From positions 310,001 through 374,000 of the forward strand of contig JAQFVV010000002.1 of the NCBI GenBank assembly GCA_028023455.1: DNA of 64,000 nt, in the 5' to 3' direction. Positions 1 through 10,700 of this stretch are shown here, piece after piece; position 1 is the stretch's first letter, and every line of letters starts with the position of its first letter. This DNA comes from Epiperipatus broadwayi (Eukaryota; Animalia; Onychophora). The notes beneath the pieces are model-generated. The model made no database searches, had not been told where the DNA came from, and saw only the letters and a list, made by a program, of their open reading frames with translations. Position numbers and translations under genes: made by a program.

Positions 1-1708
1 ATTGATAAAAAGATAAAGATAGATAATTTTTAGATAGATAAATAGGTAAATTAATGCATAGCTAAACAACAGAATGATAAGTAAGAAACAACTAAAGTCA
101 AAATAAATAGTAAATAAACAAAATGTTTATCAGTTTACATACACTAAACTAACATTCCTGGAGAAACAAAACACAGAGAATATGCTTTTGAATAGATTAT
201 TGTTCAAAGTATTATATTCCCAAGTATTTAATTTTTTTATTCTTTATTTTAATTGTTTTTATTATTTTATTTTGAGTTTATTATATTCATTTGCAGTTAG
301 TTTAAATTTTTATTTTACGATTTCGATATCTTTATCAAGAAAGTTCAACCTATTGTAACTGATATTGATTCAGAAATTTTGCAGAAAACTACAAATCAAT
401 GTAAATAGTGACCAAACTGTACCAGTTAATCTAAAAAAACTTATCGACGATTTATAAATTGTAGGAAAAAATTAATAATATTTTTATACCAAAGATAAAG
501 ATACACCCTAATTTTTATATCTCAAGCAAGTAAAATTATTCTGATAATTATTCAATATAGATTAAATAATTACATTAAAAAATAAAACTGTTGGAAATTC
601 ACGTTAATTTTAGGAATGGTCAAGAAACTAAAAGCATTACTGTTGGTTGTATTTAATGAATATTTAAACCAGAAATATTAGAAAAAATGTCTATTTGAAT
701 TTTATTACAACAAATCTTCGATATCGTTTGTAGTGCTAATTTACATAATGATTTTGTAAAATGGGTATATTAGAATGGTTGTAATCTTTCAAAATCTATA
801 ATTGTTTTTTTTTTTTGTTAATATAATTACTATTTTTGTTTCGGTTTTTATACCTCTGTTTTTTTATTCTATGTTGTTAGTATCACTATCTTTAAAATTG
901 ATGCATTTTATTGATTTATTGGACTTTAGCTATTTATAACATTTTCTGAAGGGATTTTAATTTATGTTAATATAGTTAGTCAATAATTAAACTACTAAAA
1001 TTAAAAAAAGCTTATACTTAAGGAGCTAATCTACATAACAATAACCATTTCTAGCAGGTAAGGTTAAAAAAAAGGGCAGAGATTAGATGAAAGAATTAGA
1101 AGTTGACTTCAATAATGAATGCATAAAGATACACCAAAATTTTTGCTTTATTAAATTATACATCCACAACCAAATTCTAATAACCATGTCATTATTGGAG
1201 ACTAATTTATTTGCAATGATCATCTTGAAGAAAAAATTGATATTGTGGCATTTTTAAAAAGTAATAATCAGAATTGTTCAAGCTATTGGTATTTTAATTC
1301 ATTTCAGATATAAGACTCTAAATACAAAAATAATAAAAAAAAAATGATGCTTTTATTCTGTTAGTGAAAAATTGTGAGAATACTACAGACTGCAGAAAGT
1401 TGAGTAAGTAAATATTTGTTCAGATTACTCCTATGTACAAATTGTACTATCTCAGTAATTTTATAAGTTTATTTAATATTTAAATACATTACATATGCTT
1501 TTCATCTAAAATGTATAATGGTTTGTGCTGCAAGACAAAGAGGATCAGCAATGACATAGAAGTTTGTACTATTTCAGTAACAAAAATGCTTTTGAGAACC
1601 TGATAATCTAAATAGAGCAGTCCATGTGCTTTTTTTAGTAATACATACACACACGCACACACACATACACATATATACGAAATATAAACACCCTCAAATC
1701 TATAAAAA

Positions 1709-1830
1709 TATTTGAAATGATTATATTCTTTCAGCCACAATCTCCCGTTAAATAACGAAAACCCTGATTTTCCTTTTCCTTATTTAAAGGAGTGTGGCTG
1801 AAAGAATATAGCTATGGAGCATCTCAAATA
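1709..1830. repeat. Short imperfect inverted repeat (18-bp perfect core)
   Basis: TATATTCTTTCAGCCACA (~1722-1739) is the reverse complement of TGTGGCTGAAAGAATATA (~1793-1810); looser similarity extends outward. Confidence 0.75.
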
Positions 1831-3103
1831 TATAGTGTAATAAAAAATACAAATATTTTGGCATTTTCTTCTTTCAAGGGTGTAAATTTATATCTTGTTA
1901 AAGGTGATAATAGCTTATGTAAATAATCTATAAATATCCTTTGTTATTCTGCTAAAATCCCGTCTTTCATAAATTATATTCATTATCCTATATATTTAAT
2001 GTGAGAAATTATGAGTCCTCTTTGCAATAAAAAGTCATATTTTTATGAGAATTTAGAATGAAGATTTATTTCTATATTCTCAACACATAAACCTTTATTA
2101 TGCCATGAAAGAAAAAAAAATTCTCTCTCTTACATCTCCAATACCTATAATGAAGATCATAACTTGTATTTTCCCTGGATTACAATTCAACCATAATAAC
2201 TATACTCTTATATAAATTTATGATCTATAAATTTAAATTCTGCCATGTACAACATTTTCTCTAACTTTAATAGATGAATGAATAAAATAACTAAGAATAT
2301 GAATTTTAAAAAAATAAATAAAACCAATTAACAAAAAAATATTTACAAAATATGCATTAATAAAATGACCATTTAAAATACACATATGTCATTTCATACA
2401 AACATTAATGTAATTATGGTTGTATATGTTTCTTAAATATTTATTTGTATTAGTAATAATTTCCATTGACTGGTGTGTATATATAAAATAACTGAATTTT
2501 GTTTGTTAAATAAGATATTCGATTTTTTAATATGAGAAGTATCTTAGAAGACAAACAGTATAATAAAATATGTGTATAAATTAGACTTTTTTTCCTTTTA
2601 TTTATATAAAAAATTAAAATTAGTCTATCAGCAATTGTTTATAAAATATTTTAAATAAAAACAAAAATGCAATCAAAGTTAATATCTACAAATCACTAGA
2701 AATTTAGTTTACTAGTGTAATGGTCAAGTTATATATAACCAGTCAACAAGATCAAGCAGGAACTCTCAACCAGCAGCCAAAGTGTTATCCTCATTATCCT
2801 AGTTTAAACTCCTACATATGTTTCCTATCCTCAGTCACCTAATGTCACACAGCTTCCCTTCTTCATACAGCATGATGTAGCTCAGAGTTCAAACATGGAC
2901 TCTCTGGGTTCTTCATAACTTACAACATTATACTAGCACTTTTAAGCCTTACATTAATCTACTTATATTACCATTGTTGGTAGAATTTGGGAGTTTAATC
3001 AGATCTATAGTATTACAGAGCTAGTATTATATCTATAAGGTACAAATCACGGGTGTGCTTGTTCTGCAATTAACCGACTTACATAGTAATATATATATAC
3101 ATA

Positions 3104-3688
3104 TAATTAGATTTCAACCAGTAACCACCTAAACATTCACAGTAAAAATAGTAATCAATATTTCTCACTGCTGTCAAGGCAACCTTCACACCTTTTAATA
3201 GCAAGAATGGAAATCCATTCTTACTAATAGTCCATTGAATATATATGGACACTTAAAGATTGCAACTTGACTACAGAGTATGAAATATTGATACAATGAA
3301 GTTAAATAAACCTCTTTAAACATGAAATAAACATGTCACTGTAATGCAGACTAATAAATAGTCAATTATAACATTACAAACTGCAATACTTTTAAATTGT
3401 TCATGTATTATTTAGAAATAATAAGTGAAATAGTGCCTAAAGCTAACTGGGATAATGATGTAATTAGATTCCAACCAGTAACCACCTAAACATTCACAGT
3501 GAGAAATATTGATTACTATTTTTACTCTGAATGTTTAGGTGGTTACTGGTTGGAATCTAATTACATCGTTATCCCAGTTAGCTTTAGGCACTATTTCACT
3601 TATTATTTCTAAATAATACATGAGCAATTTAAAAGTATTGCAGTTTGTAATGTTATAATTGACTATTTATTAGTCTGCATTACGGTGA
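3104..3688. repeat. Fold-back: ~165-bp-arm palindrome (3336-3500 / 3524-3688, 23-nt loop) plus an upstream partial copy (3104-3170) with the loop flipped
   Basis: The arms are near-perfect reverse complements. 3104-3170 repeats the inner arm followed by the reverse complement of the loop. Confidence 0.92.
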
Positions 3689-4089
3689 TTTTAATTAAAT
3701 CTTATCTATTGAGTAATTAACTAAGAAGGTTAATTCCAACTTCTAAAATGTTAAATCTTTTACATTTCTTATTTTTACTATTTTTATTTATTTAATCTAC
3801 TATCTAGTCACTTGATTATGCCAATATATATATTTTAAATATTTTCTTGACAATGGCTCAATTTTATTTCTTAGAAGATGTAAAACTTTGACAGCACTTT
3901 AGTTACATAATATCACAAAATTTTGTACAACATTGTTTCATTTTATATTACAAATATATTTTTAAAATAATAATGAATAAAAATAAACTTCATCTCTATA
4001 ATATTACATGTCATGTTTTAAAATTAAATGATTTTTTGTAATTCGACTATAAATTAGTTCATTCTTTTCTGAGTTGACTTAACAAACGG

Positions 4090-4758
4090 CTGTTAAGGAA
4101 CACATAAGTAGAAAAGGTGGATTTTTTTTTTTAAATATTGAACTTTATTACTGCCTAGCATGCTTTTGATATATCATGCATTTCATATTCTTAGCTTATT
4201 ATATATAGAAGAGGTAGATTTTTTTTTAAATATTCAACTTTTTTTTTTTCTCATGTGTGAAATGCGTTGACCGGGAAGCAAATCCGGGCCGGCTGCTTGG
4301 AAGGCAGCTATGCTAACCACTAGACCACCAAATGCTTGGCTAAATATTCAGCTTTATTATTAAATATGAATATGTAACTCAATCTATCTTTTATTTCTTT
4401 CCTTATCTGTTTGCATTTCAATAGATAGGGAAGGTTCCCTATGCAGGTAAGATTATCAAATTATAACTCCTTTATAGATTTGCAGCTTAGCTCTGCTTTA
4501 GACCAGGTTTATCATATTCATAGCACTAAAATAGGGACAAGTTCTCTCTTCTACATATCTATTTTAGTGCTACGAATATGATCAGCCTGATCTAAAGCAG
4601 TGCTAAGCTATAAATCTATAAAGAAGTAATAATTTTATAATCCTTCCTATCTATTGAATATGAATATGATATATATGATAAATCAAAAGCATTTTAGGCA
4701 GTAATAAAACTGAATATTAAAAAAAATTACCCTTTTTGCTTATGATTTCATTAACAGT
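4090..4758. repeat. Diverged fold-back; the left arm carries extra sequence including a SINE
   Basis: 4418-4534 pairs with 4559-4660 (e.g. TAGCACTAAAATAG / CTATTTTAGTGCTA). 4090-4190 pairs with 4660-4758 (TTATTACTGCCTA / TAGGCAGTAATAA). Confidence 0.85.
4241..4340 (-). mobile_element. tRNA-Gly(TCC)-derived SINE, subfamily 1
   Basis: The minus strand reads GCATTTGGTGGTCTAGTGGTTAGCATAGCTGCCTTCCAAGCAGCCGGCCCGGATTTGCTTCCCGGTCAACGCA, then TTTCACACATGAG and poly-A. This closely matches the eukaryotic tRNA-Gly TCC sequence but has a damaged T-loop. TSD TAAATATTCA(A/G)CTT at 4227-4240 / 4341-4354. Confidence 0.88.
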
Positions 4759-5138
4759 CATTTATTAATTAAATGATCGATATACTGTATTTATGCAAAT
4801 GAACAACATTTTTTTATTAATTTTAAATTCTGTTATCATGTTATAAATTTAATCTTTGATTAATACAAATCTATCAATTCTATACATATTATATAAAAGC
4901 CCATATTTATTATATATGTCATCATCTTTTATAAGAAAAATATAAAACTGTATAACATATGATTTTTTATGAAAAACCTTATTTAATATATAAAAATATT
5001 TACAGAGTTGTTTTATTTCTAATATTCGAACATGCATAGTAATAATATTATTGATTTATATAATAATATAATAAGTTTGAATAATAAGTTAAAAAGCATG
5101 TTCATTTTTGATTAAAATATTTCAGATATATATATATA

Positions 5139-5192
5139 TTTTCTCATGTGTCATAGCATCAGCCGGGAAGCGAACCTACTAACCCGGGACAA
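5139..5192 (-). mobile_element. 5'-truncated tRNA-derived SINE, subfamily 2
   Basis: TTCTCATGTGTCATAGCATCAGCCGGGAAGCGAAC...AACCCGGGACAA matches the copies at 55.5 kb and 60.2 kb. Confidence 0.8.
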
Positions 5193-7769
5193 TGTTAATT
5201 TTTAATTGATATTTTGCTTCATTGCATCATGACTGGACAATTATTTAAAATACATAGAGAATAATCATTGAATTTGAATTTCTATCAGTTATAATTCCAT
5301 TTTTACATTTTAGATGTGGTACAAAATAGATTATATGTATGTGTAATTAAGTCACTACAATGTAGTATAGCAAAAATAATAAATATAATATCCAATGTCA
5401 ATTCAAAGAAAAAATATGTCTATAAATTTGTAAGCAAAATTTTTTATTTCCCAAAGTAATAATAATTTCTTATACATTTTCCATACTTTAAAATTAAGTA
5501 TTTTGATTTCAATATGTACTATTCATCTGACTAAATTATAATATAATAATATCCAATCATTAGTATTATCATCACAACACATGTATACAATACATGCATA
5601 AGGATAATAAATGATTAATACTTTGTAATTTATGTTCTCACAAATCATGAAGTAATAATAAAAGAAACATAGTATTAAGTATTACTAATGTGGTTTTTAT
5701 GTTTCCTACACTGTGGGAGGCAAAAAGGCTCATAAATCCAAATGCAAAATCAAATACTTTGACAGTCTAGATCAGCCACACTCAACCTTTGGCCTGCAGG
5801 TGGCATGTGGCCTTCCAAGCTTTTATGCTCAGCCCAGCCAATATTCTGACAGTTAACAGATGCAACAACACTTTTCTTAATTAACGAATAACCACATGTG
5901 GCTTATTTTTTTTATTGATGCACTAATAATGTTATCTGTCATTTTATTTAATTTCACTGATCTGAAGAATCTTCCAAGTCTACATCAGAAGTGCCTAAGT
6001 ATCTTCATATATGGCTTGTACTGGCTCTCAAATACCTATCTTTTGCATTATTTCACTGATTTTAGCACCTTCAGCATTTTTTACATGTATAAAATCAATA
6101 ATATTTAAATTTAATCATATAACAATGATGTAAATCCATTTTTTTTCAAGTTTCTGATTGGTTGTTTCTTCTTTTCTCTGCAAGGGAGCACCAATCCATG
6201 ACTTTGACAGTTATATTTCTATGTTTTGAATTTGGAAATGAAAATATAATTTGCTAAACATTTTTTAATCCACTTGTTGTTTTGCAGATTTTACTCAAAA
6301 TATTTAGTTTTACATGAAAACGTATTGATAAGGAATTCAATGAATTATGGCTGGAATTTATAAATGGATGGTGTTTCTTTTAATTTGACTGCATTAGATT
6401 ATTATCATTAATTATAAATAGAAATTTATTTTTTAAAAATTTTCTGTAATCTGACAAATTATGAATGTGCATTTTAGATATCAAACTAAAACAAATATAA
6501 TTTTAAAAAGGCAAATATATTTACTGCAGATTCTGTAATTAACCAATCAGAAGTTTGAAACTTTAAGTCAATCTGCCAATAGTTCATGTTTTTGAAGGCA
6601 AGGTGAGACATGAGTTTTATATGTGAATTGATATAAACATAGACATAGTATTTTATATCAAACTATAATTTAAACACCATAATGATGTCTTCAAGCAACA
6701 AACAAAAATTATCAGATAAAAATAGAATATTTCAAGACAACTGGGAGGAGGAATATTTTGTTGTGTTAAATAACAAAGGTTCAGCAACGAGTTTGATATG
6801 TCGAGAAAGTGTCACATTAAAAAAATATAACATTGATCATCAATACAGCATGAAACAAATTGTTTAATGACACTTTTGCTCATGAGTCTTTAATAAGAAG
6901 TAAAAAAATTAGCTTTCTTCAAGAAATCATTGCAACAGCAACAAAATGTTATGTCAGTGGCAATCTCACAAGAAGCAGTGGTGATACGAGCATCATATAA
7001 AATTTGTTATATACTTGACAAAAATATGAAATCATTTATGGATGTTGAAATTGTGAAAGAATGTTTTATAAATGCTTCAAATATATTATTTGATAAATTT
7101 AATAAAAGTCAAATATTATTGCAAATTAAGAAATTACAACTGTCAGATTCTACCGGCTTTAGACATATTGAAGTTATTGCAAAACATATTTTTGATATTA
7201 TAATAGAAGATTTGAAAAACTGTAAATATTTTTGTTTGGCTTTGGTCAGCAGAATTCAATTTATGAAGATATTTTAGAAATTTCTTCCTATGAACGATCA
7301 AACTAGAAGTAGTGATTTTCTCAATAGTATTTGTACTTTTCTGGAGAATAATAATCTTGAAATAAAAGAATTGGTTTCTGTGCGCACTGATGGATGTCCT
7401 TCAATGATTGCATCCAAAAAGGGATTTGTTTTCCTATTAAAAAAGAAATACAACCTAACAAACCTCTTATCATTTCATCATTTAATTCACCAAGAAAACT
7501 TGAGGGCACACATATCCATTAAAAAAGTGAATGTTGTGATGAAAACCATCACAAACATTGTGAATTATATTCAAACCTGAGAATTGAACCACAGAAAATT
7601 TAAAAATTTTTCAAAGAAATAAATAATAATTATAGTGATGTACTTTTGCATACTTTGGTGTGATGGCTAAGCAGAGGTAAAGTTTATACTGAGCTTAATA
7701 GTGATGGATGGTGGTGTTTTTTAGCTTTTTTTATATGACATCACAAAAAACTTTGTGATCTTAATATTA

Positions 7770-8084
7770 AACATCACATGATCACCATTTTTATGCTTAC
7801 ACAAACTGTTTACACAGAGGCTAAACTCTTTAAAATGTAGTGTCACTCAGTGCTAGCCATAATAATTAGTGGATGCACGAAGATAAAAATTGGCTGCTGG
7901 AGGGTTGCATTGGATTCTTGCAGTGTTCTCAAAACCAATACTCCTCACTGATGAAAGCCACAAGCTAGAAACTAGTCTGGGGATATTGGATAAGTAGGCA
8001 CTAGATGGGGATTTTAAGCACAAACTTTCCTGCATCCATTGTGGCTTGCACCGAGTGTTGCTACTGTATGGAGAGTTTAGCCTC
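7770..8084 (+). mobile_element. 315-bp HHR-bearing fold-back insert (family A; PLE pseudo-LTR or retrozyme-like)
   Basis: Perfect 16-bp TSD TGTGATCTTAATATTA (7754-7769 / 8085-8100). Internal inverted arms at ~7813-7885 / ~8020-8088. Related sequence at 38.3-38.5 kb and 54.66-55.13 kb. Confidence 0.88.
7934..7990 (+). ncRNA. Type-I minimal hammerhead ribozyme motif (family A)
   Basis: CUGAUGA at 7948-7954; stem II AGC-cacaa-GCU with an A.A first pair; GAAA at 7968-7971; palindromic CUAG stem III; GUC cleavage triplet (C7977); stem I CCAAUA-c-UCCUCA / UGGGGA-UAUUGG. Confidence 0.8.
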
Positions 8085-10329
8085 TGTGATCTTAATATTA
8101 GTTTGCAAGGCAAAAATAAAATTGTCTCACAGATGGTAAGTAAAATATTTGCATTTGAAGGAAAACTAAATATTTACTAATAAGAAATACAAAACCAGAT
8201 ACTACATCATTTTCCAACATTGACATATGCTAAATAAAATGGTATTGACATTTATTCAGAAACCTAAGTAATTATTTCAAATTATTTAGCTATCTTACTG
8301 AAAGAATTTAAAAGTAGATTTCAAGATTTAAGAAACATTAAGAATTGTCTCTTACTTATAGAAAATCCCTGATACTTAGAAATTGAACTATTACACAATT
8401 AGCTGGATTTGGACATGATTATGTTAAGCTATTTGATGAATTTGTTGAATTTAAAAATGACATAAATTTGGAAGCCATTTTTAAAGAAAAAAGGAAGGGA
8501 AAGGAGTATGTGAAATTTTGAAAATTAGTACCTGAAAAATATAAAACTGACAATAATTATGCACAAATGTTGCTCACATTGTTTGCTTTGATATATCTAT
8601 ATATATTTGTGAATCATCTTATTCAAGAAATGAAATATGTGAAGAATGTATATAAAAACAGATTTACTGATTCACACCTTGATGATATATTAAGAGTAAT
8701 ATGTAGTACTTATAAACCACATTTATCTAAAATTGTTAAAAATTTATCTCAATATCAAAAATGATATTGATATTTAAATAAATGTTTATATCAAATAAAA
8801 GTGTTTGTGTTTTATTAATATGTTAGTTCTAGGATATAGTAGAGTGATCTACAACTTATGGCATGCATGAATTGAGAAGTCTGCCATTTTTTGTGTGACA
8901 TCAATTGGTTGCCAATCGTTTATATAGCATGTTGCAGCCCTTGTAGCACACAAATATATGTGGCCAGGAAAGAAAAAGATGGAGTATGGCTGGTCTAGAT
9001 AATTAAATTCTTACACACACACATATATATATATATATTTCAAGGTTAATATTTATTGCTTTCTGGTGTATATTTATGGGTAATAAAAAAATGGATATAG
9101 CTTCAATACCTGCTACCTCATCTTGTTTGCTTATCATTTCATAAAAAAATCAATGATTATTTGCATTTAAAAATCAAATGCAGACTTTAATCTGGATAAA
9201 GACCTTATATTTAATATAAAACAATTTATTCACATCACACATATTCATTTATTGGTATAAATATTTGTAATTTTTTAATAATTACATTAGATATAACTTT
9301 ATATTACTTAACATTGTTATCACTATTAAATTTTCCAACATTATTACTAGATTAGTACTACATATGAAAAAACAATTGCATAAATATAAATTAAAATGTT
9401 TTGTTAAGGAATGTATGTGCACATTGATACTTATATGTTTTAATTTATCACAATAATAATATATATTTATATAAATTTTGTCTATTTTATAATAAGTTCT
9501 ATTCTTTATTGATTAGTTTTCTTTTTTCTTTCTTTTAAAAAAAAGTATTGTCAACTTTTTTTTCCTTCTACAATTATAAAGTCAATAAATTAAATCTTTA
9601 CTCCTAGATTTTTAATCCAATGAAATTTATTATTTGTGCTTTTAAGTTATATTTTTAAATGCCATTTTTAGGGAATTATAAAAAACTCACTTTATATAAA
9701 TACACTTATCTGTGCTTCTCTGTGTATAAATACATCAGCATACATTTAATTACTTCTTCAGCAACCTGGGATTCTCTTGATAAGAGCCAGTCCAGGATTG
9801 TCTCATTGGGAAAGGTATAGTTCAAGTCTTGTAATCATCAGGAAACTATAATTCAGGTATTGTTGACATTCCATCAGTTTCCTTCTGTCTAGACTTGGTA
9901 GACTTCAGGCAAAGCAAACTGTCTAGGATTTTATAGATTTCAGGAAAGCAGGCTGTTTTCCAGAACATATTTGTAGCTATGAGTTTTAACACTGGAAGGT
10001 GACCCATTTTTCCCAAGTGACTTCAACCTTCACCATTAACCTTTCCGTAGTGTACTTCATTATTGGCCAAAAGAGGTAAAACTCTGAAAGTTTTAATTGG
10101 TCAAGTAAAAAACTCTTTGATTGAAATATTTTCATCTTTTAATATATATTAATTTTAGTTTCATTTTCAAAAAGTATATTAATTATTTGTAATGTTAGGA
10201 AGGTAAACGAAAGTTATTTCAAAAATATATTTTTATTTGTATTTGATAGAAATATTCAAAAGTGGAAAAATCAAAGAAAACATTACAAACAAATTACAAG
10301 CAAAGTAAACTTCATTTATATCCCTCCCA

Positions 10330-10700
10330 GATTTACCGTTACGAATTTTTAAAGAAGTTTTTAGTAAAATTTTCAATTTACAATCGCGTAAAGTATATAA
10401 TTTTTTAATAAAACCTTACTACTTTTGTAAAATAACTATATTTTCAGCAGATAATCTATAATATGTATGAAAAATAATAAAAAAAACTCACTCTAAAACA
10501 TATATTTTTATTTTCAGTGGTGAAAACATATTTATTGAAATCATCAGCCAATAAGAATTGAGAATAGATTGAGAATAGATTATCCAACCAATCAGCATTG
10601 ACCTTCCTCTTTTGTTCAACTTAAAACCCTCCTAATATTGATTTTTTACTTGTAAAATAATACAAGAGATGGCAGCATCTTACGGAACTTTTTCTAAAGT
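10330..10700. promoter_or_regulatory. Candidate promoter (possibly bidirectional)
   Basis: CpGs are locally retained. Two CCAAT boxes (AGCCAATAAG ~10546, AACCAATCAG ~10587). YY1-like GAGATGGCAG overlapping an ATG at 10669. An 11-bp tandem duplication ATTGAGAATAG. Confidence 0.35.

Larger units (their letters stand above)
6682..8764 (+). pseudogene. Fragmented hAT (Buster-type, GTF2IRD2-like) transposase
   Basis: Motifs across several frames: RIFQDNWEEEYF, LQLSDST..RHIE, YFCLAL, VRTDGCPSM, FHHLIHQENL, LCDLNISLQGK (after removing the 7770-8084 insert) and C-terminal EMKYVKN..NRFTDSHLDDILR. Multiple stops and frameshifts. Confidence 0.9.
5773..8992 (+). mobile_element. hAT DNA transposon, Buster/Charlie/SPIN-like, full length but inactivated
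   Basis: Imperfect TIRs: CAGCCACACTCAACCTT (5773) and AAGATGGAGTATGGCTG (ends 8992). Perfect 8-bp TSD GTCTAGAT (5765-5772 / 8993-9000) with the central TA typical of Buster elements. ATGTGGCC subterminal motifs at both ends. Confidence 0.93.

Noticed and set aside
380-1000. Possible PLE RT remnant (similar hints at 11.7-12.4, 28.65-28.9 and 30.7 kb)
   Set aside because: Too decayed to read unambiguous motifs without an HMM search.
4263-4335. Functional tRNA-Gly(TCC) gene
   Set aside because: The T-loop/B-box is mutated (GTTCGAT>ATTTGCT), there is an extra base in the acceptor stem, and it has a poly-A tail and TSD; it is a SINE copy.
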